Assembly: GCA_053919585.1 (NCBI GenBank)
Contig: CM132803.1
Source of the DNA: Euprymna scolopes
Lineage: Eukaryota
DNA length: 64,000 nucleotides
Strand: one strand, 5' to 3'
Position 1 is the first letter of the stretch. Every line of letters starts with the position of its first letter. A program made the translations under genes and the position numbers. The notes under the pieces are model-generated. The model saw only the letters and a list, made by a program, of their open reading frames with translations. It was not told the DNA's origin and searched no databases. Shown here in pieces: positions 1-11,100 of the stretch.

Positions 1-1240
1 GAAAAATCCCATTATTTTTTTTATTTTGAAAATAGAATACATACAAAATAAAAATATATATGTAGATAATTGTATAATAAAAAATAGTTTGCTTTTTTTT
101 TTTTTATTAAAGTAAATTATTTTTGTCTATTTCATATAAGAATAAAATAGGTCAGAATATTTTTCTAAGTTTGAAATTGAAAGTCATCAAAAACTGATGA
201 CAAATGTTGAAATTCAATTATGAATTAAAGAATATTGTTTACGTTCTGTTTCAAATATATAAGAAAAATATTCAACTTAAAATCAAAACATGGATGGATA
301 TATTACTTAATCTAAAAAGTAAATTAATATAAGTTTTAAAAATTTATTTTCATTATTAAACATTAATTTTATATCAAATAAGAAATTAATAGGAAAATAT
401 TTTAATAATCTAATTCAATGTTGAAATTTAATTTTCAAATTAATTTATTTAAATACAATTCTAAGAAACCTCAAACAATCATGATATCAAAATAAAAATA
501 ACAATATTATTTTTCAAATTCATAAATTTGAAAAATATCAATGATTATGAAAACAAAACAATTTCTTTTGGTTTCTAACTTTGAAATCAAAGAAAAAAAA
601 AATTCTGAATTTAGTTCTTGTCACATATTCACACCAATATTTTCAAAACGGATCTGTGTATACAAACACAAAATTTGTTTTTTTAAAAATAAGATTCTGA
701 AATTTTAGTAAAACTTCTTATTTCTCAATAGTAATAATAGTAACTACAATCTAAAAGATTTCTATTTGTATATTAATCAAATTAACATGAAATTAAAGAA
801 AATACTTTTTAATAGACATTTTTCAGTTTAAGGTATTTTTCTAACATAGCAGAACTTTTTACATTTACAAAAATATAAACAATGATAAAATTGTAGAAAT
901 TTCATAAAGTTGAAAACACATTTAATTAATTTTTAAATTAACTTCAAAAGGTTTTATCTAAATCTGAAAGTTATTTAATTTTTTGAAAGGTGTTTAATTG
1001 ATTTATTTTTTCTGTTAAATGACTTAAATTTTGTATATTTTATAAATTATCTCTATTTTTTGTGAACAATAAAAACAAGGTGTTTAAGAGAATTATGACT
1101 GATTTGATAAATAATAAGACAGTTTTTACATTAAAAACAAAAAAGAACTTATAAGTGTGCTTAATAACTTTTACCTTAAATCTAATATTTATTAATCCTT
1201 TTTGCTTATTCAGCTGTTCTTCAGTAAAATAAAAAGCATG

Positions 1241-1554
1241 AAATACTTGCAGTTCTCTTGATAATTTTTATGCTTTGTTAGAGTCATTGGCTCTAGCCAC
1301 CATGATACACAGAGCAGACTTGATAGGACTGTGATTTTCTTTCTTTTTCATATTAGCACTCTCCCACTTCCATACATAAACATACACACACTGTAACATA
1401 CACATACACACACATGTGTGTGTGTGCCCAAAAGGAGGCTAACATTGTCTCCATACAATAGCATCAGCAGCAGTAGCAGTTGAGCTGTACACTAGGATAC
1501 AAATACGCATCTTGTTTCTTCATACATCTCTGCTTCATCAATACAACATTGCAG
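1241..1554 (+). promoter_or_regulatory. Putative promoter and non-coding exon 1 of Pcdh-1 (donor after 1554)
   Basis: One of six paralogous blocks (ATGATRCAYAGRRCAGAYTTGATAGGAC ... CTCTCCCAC ... AAAAGGAGGCTAACATTGT ... AGCAGCAG ... TGCTTCATCAATACAACATTGCAG|GTTAGT), each upstream of a Pcdh coding exon. It ends in a splice donor and has no conserved reading frame. TSS not determined. Confidence 0.75.
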
Positions 1555-2397
1555 GTTAGTTGACATTAACATTTTTATAACTTTCGTTTTTTTAAATTTG
1601 TATCATTTATGTTTATTTATATTTGTTTTGTAACAGATTAACAACAATTAAATGCATCAAGGCTTTTCTTTATACAAATTCAATCAGTTTTCTAGCATAG
1701 AAAATTCTAACTTCGAAATTTTCACAATTTAATCAACTCACTATTTTGCAATCATCGTACAACATGTAAAAATGTCTGACTCATACATTTGGCATGTTTA
1801 TTTAAAACGTTATATTAATATATTATAAGTTTATTCAAAATTTGTTTATACAAGGATTATCGCAAACCTAAAAAAAAAAAAAAAAAATCAAGCTTGAAGG
1901 AAATTTTATTTAAATTTTAATTATGATTTTTTTAAATTATTTTAGAACACGCAGTGATTTTCTTTGTTAAAATGACACAATCTTCAGAAACTAAATGTTT
2001 GAAAATAAATTATAATAAATTGGTATATCACTCTTTAGCAATAATCCTTGTTTACATGTTATACCATTTTGATGAAAATATACCATCAGCATAAGACAAT
2101 ACATTAAATGTTATCTTTCTTTATTTCAGACATTATCTTTTTAATAGCATGATATTATCAGGTTTCATTACAAATTTTCACTTTTATGTTAACCAATGAT
2201 AAAATTGAAATTGAATAAGCATTCATTTCATTTAACTTTATTCACTACTAGTTATCTTGAAATGTTTAAAATCTGCTTTTATTTAAGTAATAAAATAGTA
2301 GAGTTGTATTTACATGTTGTTTCCCAGTAGTACTGTGCATGCATGGTTGCTGTATAAAGAAACAGAAACAGCTTATGCTGACTACACCCCTTAAATA

Positions 2398-3180
2398 TGA
2401 TTCTACTTTCTTTTGTAGGTGATTATATATAAAAAGCCTAAAAAGACTTGGAGTTAAAAATTTTTTTCTTTTTTTTTAGAACATAAAGTAGGAAATCAGT
2501 TTCACCTATAAACTTAACATAAAAAGATCATCTACTTATGGGCCACTCTCTTCCAAACCCGCAAGCATTTTTAAAGAAATATAACCAAATAATTTTTCTT
2601 AAAGGGAGATTTATTTTGTGTGTATGTTCATGTGTTTGGGAGAGGGGTCAACAAGTCTTCGACCTTTTGTTATACTGAAACCAAATTAACATGTAATTAA
2701 AAAAAAAAATGATTACTTTCCATCACTTAAAGTAAGTATTATAGAAAAACTTGAGCTCTCCACCCCATTTTCAAAATCATAAAATATCAAGCCATTACTT
2801 ACCCTCCGGATAGCAATGCAAATAATAATTAATAAAAAAAATGGGGAAGATATGTGTGATATTGATGTGATGGGACAATTAAAAATCAATTTATAACTGG
2901 ACAGTTAAAAGTCAATTTTGACCCTCCCCCAAAAATGAAGTAATCATATTATTTACTACATGTTTTACTGTGTATTTTGAAAGCCCTCACATCTCAAACC
3001 CTCCATTAATTTTTAAGAAATTAAGAAATTGACAAATAATTCAAAGCAAATAAATAAAAAAATTGTTACATGTCCTTAAGAATGACATCTTATATTAAAT
3101 TATTATTTATTTTGTTGTTTATTTGTACTGCAAGGTTTTTCAGGCTATTTATATGTAATCACCTAATGAAGACAGAATCT
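2398..3180. mobile_element. Old inverted-repeat-bounded element (MITE-like) in intron 1 of Pcdh-1, homologous to ~16620-17210 in Pcdh-2
   Basis: 2398-2450 (gattctactttc...aaaagactt) is an imperfect reverse complement of 3131-3180. The internal sequence recurs in intron 1 of Pcdh-2. Confidence 0.45.
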
Positions 3181-3601
3181 AATTTTCCATTTTTGGATGA
3201 AGTAACATAGGTAACAGGGTTACAATAAGATGCTGTAAACATTATTATTAGCATTTAAGGAGACAAACTTCTGCGAAACTGATATCCCAGTTTAAAGTCA
3301 CAAATAATTTTTTTTTTTAATTTAATGCAGTTTTAAACACTGTTAAAAATTTAAATCTAATTTTCTTATTAGGCGAAGTAGTGCTGAGCATAGGTTTCCA
3401 ATAATACACAAACATTATTAACTTTTAATAAAAGAAACTTAATCCTGATTTTGTGTCTGACTCTGTCTTCATATGGAAGTGAATAAAAAAATGATATATT
3501 ATTTCTCCATCAGCACCAATCAGATATATTTGGCGTTTATTTAATTATTTTTTTGAATCAAGTTATTTATTTGTGTTTTAATTGTTTATTGAATAACTAA
3601 A

Positions 3602-3647
<46 letters not shown>

Positions 3648-5249
3648 CAGTGCTGCTAAAAAGAAAGTCCGCACTTGTCATTTTTTCAAAAACCTCAAAT
3701 TAAAGCTAAAGAAATGTAACTGTTTAAACAATCTCTACCTCATTTGATTAGCGTTTTTATTCCTCTGTAATTTTACCTGTTCATATTTGATTTTTAATTG
3801 ACGTATCCTAGTGTTCCCGTCAATTTAAAAAACTTACTTAAAATTGAGAAGGCAGAAAGAAACTCCGCACATTGGAAAATTGTTATTTAAATGTAACTTA
3901 AGAACATTAATGCAACAAAAATACAATAGGCACACAATGAACTAGTTATTATTTAGTAGCATAGCCTTTCTGCAATATGACAGCCTGCAAACTTTGGGGC
4001 ATTCTCTTGAATTAGTCTGTGACATTACTCCGGTGAAAGGGTAGCTCACTTTTCTTTAATTTTTGTCCAAAGTTTTTCTAGATTTGAAATTTTATCATTG
4101 CAATGATGTTACTTGATGTAATGCCATACATTTTCAATAGGATTGAGGTTTGGAGATTGTGCAGGCCAATCCAAACACGGAATATCATGCTCTTCAAGGA
4201 ATCTTTTGACATTATCAGCTATGTGAATGGGAGCATTATCCTGCATGAAGATGGGATTATCATCCAAATTCCTGCCAAAGTAGGGTAGAAAATGCTCAGT
4301 CAACATATTAATGTACTTGGTCGAATTAATTCAACCTTGCAAGCAACCTATAGGCCCTGGATCATTGGCACTAATAACGCCCTACACCAAAACTGACCTT
4401 CCATCACCTTACAGCATTGAAACTGTGCATAAGATTATTCTTTGTTCTTCCTTCGAAGGACATACTGCCTACCATCACTTCTTAGCCTATTGAACTTACT
4501 TTCGTCGCTAAAAATGTCTTTCAACCAATATGAAGAGTCATGATCTTCATTGCATCTGATGAAGTTCAGACAATGTTTTCTGTTCTTTACAAAAATCAAT
4601 GGCTTGCATCTTGGAACACAGCTTTGCATATTAAATTCCTTCAATCTGTTCCTAATTATAGAAAGAGAGCACTTTTTAACAAGATTTCACTGTTGTTGGA
4701 TTTTGGGAGCCATTTCAAATCTGTTGCTGAGGTTGCGGATGTTGATAGCATTGTCTTCCCTTAAGTAACTCTAGGACGACCAGATTAAGGGACATCACAC
4801 ACACTACCGGTGTTTTGGTGCTTTTACACAGCCATTCCTACCATTTTCTTATCACATTTCAATCTGCGGCTGATTTCTCAATTGGATAAACCAGAAAGGT
4901 TGAAATTAATAAGCTCCTGAGAGACTCAAGTTATATGTACTAAACGTTACATTGTATAACCTAGGAATAACAACAATTACGATTACAGATGCTAAAAGGT
5001 GGATATGTTAAGCTGGTTTTAAACTTAATTGTTGCTGAGTTTCTTTTTGCCTTCTCGATTTGAAGCTAATTTTTTAAATTGATGTGAACACTAGGATACA
5101 TCAATTAAAAGTCAAATATGACCAGGTAAAATTATAGAGGAATAAAAGGCGAATCAAATGAGGTATAGTTTGTTAAACCAGTTACATACAATTTAGTTTA
5201 AATTTGCGGTTTTTGAAAAAATTACTAGTGCAGACTTTCTTTTTGGCGG

Positions 5250-5250
<1 letters not shown>
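3648..5250 (-). mobile_element. Decayed Tc1-family DNA transposon (IR/DR type, ~1.6 kb) with disrupted transposase
   Basis: Imperfect TIRs of ~220 bp (3648-3870, 5030-5250) starting CAGTG, with an internal direct repeat (aagaaagtccgcac / aagaaactccgcac). Minus-strand fragments IFSDESKFN (4435-4644) and FMQDNAPIH...WPAQSPNLNPIENVW (4109-4306). (TA)n on both sides. Confidence 0.9.
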
Positions 5251-5286
<36 letters not shown>

Positions 5287-7076
5287 CTAATAACATAATG
5301 GAGAAAAGTAGTGAAAAACTAGGTTAGCTCAAATCAAAGAGCTATACCAGGCAAATTGCTATTTGAGTCTGAAAATCCAACTGACTTGAAAGAGAGAGGC
5401 AGGGATTGAACTGGTTAAATATATTTTTGTATATATATTTCAAGTAGATTTGCATAAAAATAGAAACTGTATACGTGGAAAATTTTTGTGTACATTAAAA
5501 AAACAATAACATACAGAAGAATGGAAGAGAAAAACAAATAAGATGTGAAATATAAATGTTGGTATAAAAAAATATAAACCATAAGTGTTCAAGTTAAAAT
5601 TTTTTCCTCCATTTCTAATAACTATGGAAATGTATTTTACCTTTAATTTCACCACTGGTTTAATTACAATCATTATGTTTTTTTTTGTTTTTTTTTACTT
5701 TTACCATATGTAACTATATTTGTTGCTTTTGTTGTTTTTTTTTGTAATATGTTTTGTCTGTTATTTACTCAGATTCATTTTGTCATCTTTGTAAATGATG
5801 TCCTTTATTACTTAAATATAACTGCTTTTTTTATTTATGTGTTCTTATTAGTCGTAAGGTAAGAAAAAGAAAAATTAAACATAGGGATGAACCCATGCAC
5901 ATACACACACGTCCTATATAGTGGAAATTATTTTATATCAATACTAATTATTAGGTATTGCAACAATTTAGTTAAGTAAATGATGGAAATTAGTATATAA
6001 TATTGCTATGTTATTACAGAATGACATATAAATGTAAAAGAATCTAAGTATTCAAATAAGTATGTACCTTAATTAGGAGACCATTTACAAAAGTAAGCAG
6101 AAGCAAATCAAAAGAAAACAATTAATAGTTAATTTGCTGAGAATGTTAAAGTATTTTACAGAAAGTGTAGTTCGTAAAGTATACTTTTATTTTTTATTTA
6201 AGAAATTTGAATTCATTTTGTAAATACTATTTAAAAAAATTAAATATGACATTGTACTGTAATTTCTAACTTTTGAAAAAAAAAATACCATCATCCATTG
6301 TACTTCAACATATTAATGGCTTCTTTATTTATATATAAAAAAAAATATGTAAAAAAAAAAGTAGAGTACCAGTGAAAATACTAAAATTTAAATTACAATA
6401 ATGCCAATTAAATATTAAGGTATTCCTTTATTTTATACTAACCAACACCAGTGCTTTGAAAGTCTTTCTCCACTCAAACAGATTTCTTAACTGGAATAAA
6501 TATTTCAGATTCGGAATAAAAAAAAGAAAAAAAAAGAAACAAAATGAAATATATTTATGCCAACAAAATAGTGAGGAAAACTAGTAAAAAGAATAGGCTA
6601 GATAAATTAAATAGATGCCAGATTGTTATTTAGACCTGATATTGAACATCTGACTGAGAAATAAAATTATATAAACATTGTGAGAAGTTTATGCAGATTG
6701 ACCAATGTTTCTCCATTTTTCATGTCATCAAGGCTCAACATGGATTTCATGGTAGAAAAGCTTAAAGACAAATCCATCCTAAAATAAGAGGCTAAGACAA
6801 TGACCACCCTCCCAGCTCTTTTGCTAATTAAATATCCACCCCTTCCCGCTTTGGTCATCTGGGTCAGCTACATACAGCTAAAAATCTGCTTAGTTTAGGA
6901 GTACACTATTTCCATTTCTTCATTTTAATAAACATTACTCATTGGCTGATCCGTATAGACTCCTCACAATATATATAAAAGCTCTATATGTGTATTGAGC
7001 ACCTATCAAGAAACATTGGTTTTAGTTCATGCTAGTAATATACCTGAACTTAATCAATTAATATATATATATGCAA

Positions 7077-7080
<4 letters not shown>

Positions 7081-7144
<64 letters not shown>

Positions 7145-7166
7145 TAAATTTGTTAAAAATAATCTG

Positions 7167-7222
<56 letters not shown>
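7081..7222. repeat. Compound microsatellite (AG)n, then (GT)n/(TA)n
   Basis: Directly visible dinucleotide runs. Confidence 0.95.
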
Positions 7223-7224
<2 letters not shown>

Positions 7225-8183
7225 ATTATATTAGCATTAAGATGGACTCTTATAAAAATTTGATGTGCATTAAAAATAATACACAGTAACATACAAAAGA
7301 ATGGGAGTTAAATTTTTTTTTTAAAGAAATATTTTTATGGTAGCAAATTTAACTTCAGTTGGGAGCGACTTAAAAACAGTATTAATCATTCAATAGTATG
7401 ATCCTTAACTTTAACTTTGAGAATAATCCTTATTGAAAATTGGTAGGTTGATAGATGATACAGAAAATTAGTATTTCCCTAAAATAATATTCTATTTTTT
7501 ATTTGTATTGACAAGTTGATAACATCTAATGTATGTTAACTGAATTGACATCAATATTAAATTATTTTTAATACACTTAAGAGACATCATCATATTCAGT
7601 TTTGAACCTATAAATGGGTTGACTTATATACATTAGAGGGATTCATAAGAGATGTTCATACTTTTGCATACATATGGAGAAAATGTCATATTCTTTTCAT
7701 ATGTGAAAGTGATTTCAGATACACATTAAAATAATTTTTGTATTAGCTGTAATCTATATAAAAAACAAACAATGCCATGGTAGAGGGAATAACTATAAAA
7801 AAAAGTAAAAATCTATGAATTCAGTACAAAAAATATTGAATTAGAAGTGATTTTAGAACCTGGTAAGCAAACAGTCTGTTTAATGAGTTTCTACTTTCAT
7901 TTCATCAATCGACATATTAGATTTATTATATAAGCATACTGCTTAATCATTTTCTTTATTTTGTCTTTAAGTAATCGCTTGATGCAGAAACTTTTAAAGT
8001 TTTCATTTTCTTTTTAATTTCAGGTAAAGTATTTTGAATCTAACAAAGTTTATTTGTTATATTCAAAAGTGATTATTTTCCTAAGATTCAACATTGGTGA
8101 CTTATTCGATTTACATGTATGATGCGATGTTATGACATGTAACCTAAAATGTGTCCTTTTTTTCAGGAAAAATACAAATAAAA

Positions 8184-11100
8184 ATGACAAAATATAACAC
8201 AAGTGTTTACATGTTGATAATGATGATGCTGTATTTCTTCACATCTGTCATACATTTGATCCATGGTGTAGATCTGAGATACAAAATAGATGAAGGAAAA
8301 AGTCCAGGAACTTACCTTGGTGACATTGCTTCAGACTCTCATATCATGGATGACATTTCTTTGGAAAATAGAAGACTGATCACTTTCAATCAATTATTAC
8401 AAGAAATAACGGGCACTTCACAGTTGTTCCATGTCTCTCGGAAGAAAGGAAAACTTTTCACTTCACAGACATTGGATGCTGAATCCCTTTGTACCTACAA
8501 TACAGAATGTTTCCAAATGGTGGATGTGGCTGTACGACAAGGAAAGACATTCTTGAAGATAATTAAAATTAAAATAATTATAAATGATGTCAATGATAAT
8601 AAACCAGAATTTCCTGAAAAGGAAATTCATTTGGAATTCATGGAAGGTGTAAAAAAAGGATTTAAAAAATCTATTTCGAATGCAAAAGATAAAGACATTA
8701 GTATTTTGAATTCTCAAATCACATATGAACTAAGAGAACAAAATAATCAACCTTTTTCTTTATCAATCCAAAAAACACCTTTTGGTATTCCAAAACTAAG
8801 CATTATCGGTGAGGACACATTAGACAGAGAAGAAAAAGATTCATACATGTTGCAAGTGATTGCAAGAGATGGTGGATCTCCATCAAAAGAAAGTGTTTTA
8901 GATATCCATATTAAAGTAAAAGACTTCAATGATAATGCACCAGTTTTTAGCAAAGATATTTACAATGTTTCAATTAATAACCAAGAATATAGTGATAAGC
9001 CTTTTGTCACAGTTTTAGCAACAGATTTGGATGAAGGAGAAAATGGAAAAGTTTCTTATTATATCAGCACAGAAACATCAGAAGATGTAAAAAATCATTT
9101 CAAAGTAAATGGTTTATCAGGGGAAGTATTTTTGACAAACAAACTGCCCTCAAATCGTAAAAAAGTTTATAAATTATTTATTGGTGCAAAAGATGGTGGT
9201 AAACCTCCACTAAATGGACTCACAGGTATATTAGTAAATGTAATTAATACAGAAAATCGACCACCAAAGATTTTTGTGACTTTCATGTCAGAATCAACGG
9301 ACAAAATTGCAACTATTTTAGAAGACACTGAGATAGGCAGTTTTATTGCTTATGTTAAAGTGACTGACCCTGATGCTGGACAAAATGGACAGGTCAACTG
9401 TGAGTTGCACCATGATAAATTTCGTTTACAGAAATTAAAATCCAAAGAATACAAAGTGACATTGAAACACAAAGTTGACAGAGAAATGCAAGAGCACCAT
9501 GATGTTACAATCAGCTGCAAAGATGAAGGATCTCCTCCACAACACAGTGATAGCAAGTTCTCCATCAAAGTCAAAGATGTCAATGATGTAAGACCACAAT
9601 TTACAAAAGATACATTTAAATTCTCTGTGTTTGAGAATGAAAGTCCAAAGACGTCAGTTGGTTCTATCAATGCCACTGATCCTGATCTGGGAGCTGGCAG
9701 TAGACTCACATATTCTTTGCTTACGAAAAATGAAGACTTCCTACCTTTCAAGATAACCAGTGATGGCTTGATTTCAACAATCATGTCTCTCGACCATGAG
9801 TTCAAAGACATTTATAAATTCAACGTTTTAGTGAAAGATAATGGAAACCCTCCACTTGATAATAGCGTCAATGTCATTGTGCAGATTGAAGATAAAAATG
9901 ATAATGCTCCATATTTTACCTTTCCCAGTGTGAATCCTTTCAATCTCGATGTCAAATATCATCCACATCATACAAAGAACATCACTCTTCTCAAGGCTGC
10001 CGACAGTGACAGTCAAGAGAATGCATTTCTCAAATATGAAATAACTGCAGGCAACGATAAACAGTTGTTTGCCATCAATCATTATACTGGATTGTTGTCT
10101 TTCACTCGCTTACTTGGCCATCAAGATGCTGGCTCCTATCACCTGCAGTTTATGGTCAAGGATAGTGGTAGTCCAGTTTTATCTGCAAAGACATCAGTCT
10201 TTTTGACATTGACAGTTAGTAACAATACCGCAGATATCTTAAATGCTGCCTATACGCACACTGATATCAAGATCCACCAGTATTTACTCATTGTCATTGT
10301 GTTGGTTGCAGTCACCGTTGCTATACCAATTACTGCTGCAATTTCCATCTGCATCCTTCGTTGCATTGATACCAGAAGTGTTGCACAAGCACATCCATTG
10401 GCTGACTCTTCCAGCAAATATTATCCCGAACAGGCACATGCGATGCATCCGTCTTACCAGACTACTTATTGGTCTGGTGTGTCTGTTGCTGTGCGAGCAG
10501 AACAAGATGTGCTTTGTAGAACTCTACCGGGAAGAGGCAGAAGGCCACAACATCGTGCAGATGTCACAAATGATGGACGGAGAAGTTCAGCCCTGGGAAT
10601 TAAAGTCCAGACAGCTACAGAAGTCATCTATGAGGTAGGAATTCATTTTCAATTTTTACTTTTAAATAACTATATCAATCCAACCTTGGCTAAGAACCTT
10701 TACTCTCATTTTTCTTTTGTTACTTTGTAAGAAATATAAATGGAGAATTGTATGTAATAAAAATTGTCATGTAATAAAATTTAATAGACATCTTACAAAA
10801 ACTTAAAAAAAAACAAAAAAACAATGGCTACAGAAGTCATCTTAGAGGTTAGAATTTTTTTTTATTTTTTTTTTCCTTAAAATTTGTATCTCACTAATTA
10901 TTTTAAATTGCTTTTTTTTTTTTTAGAAGTAATAAAGCAATATTTTTTGCTAAGTGCTTGTAGTTAATTTGTATTTAGTAAGAATTCAACTCATTATTAT
11001 GAAACAAAAATGTAAAAATGCTATTTTCAGCTTGGCCAGTGATATGGCAACATTGCATTTAACATCTCTAGCATGTTTATCCATCAGACTGGCTTTTCAT

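Noticed and set aside
7050-7292. ORFs with RERE/YIYI/HTHT runs
   Set aside because: Microsatellite translation artefacts.
8005-8030. Possible recursive splice site tttttaatttcag|gtaaagt in Pcdh-1 intron 1
   Set aside because: The homologous site in Pcdh-2 (~22500) has lost the AG-GT arrangement, and the intron is short for recursive splicing.
8151-8183. ORF-track starts at 8151 and 45176 (GTG) and read-through C-termini past the exon-2 donors
   Set aside because: 8151 lies upstream of the splice acceptor; the ATGs at 8184 and 45182 and the conserved donors fit better.
9350-9811. 153-aa antisense ORF (plus 84-aa and 73-aa ones) repeated in all five genes
   Set aside because: Its conservation follows trivially from the DNA identity of the constant block; no independent coding signal.
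10243-10638. 131-aa alternative-frame ORF (MLPIRTLIS...) in all five genes
   Set aside because: By-product of the homogenised block; its stop lies in the splice donor and the product is unrecognisable.
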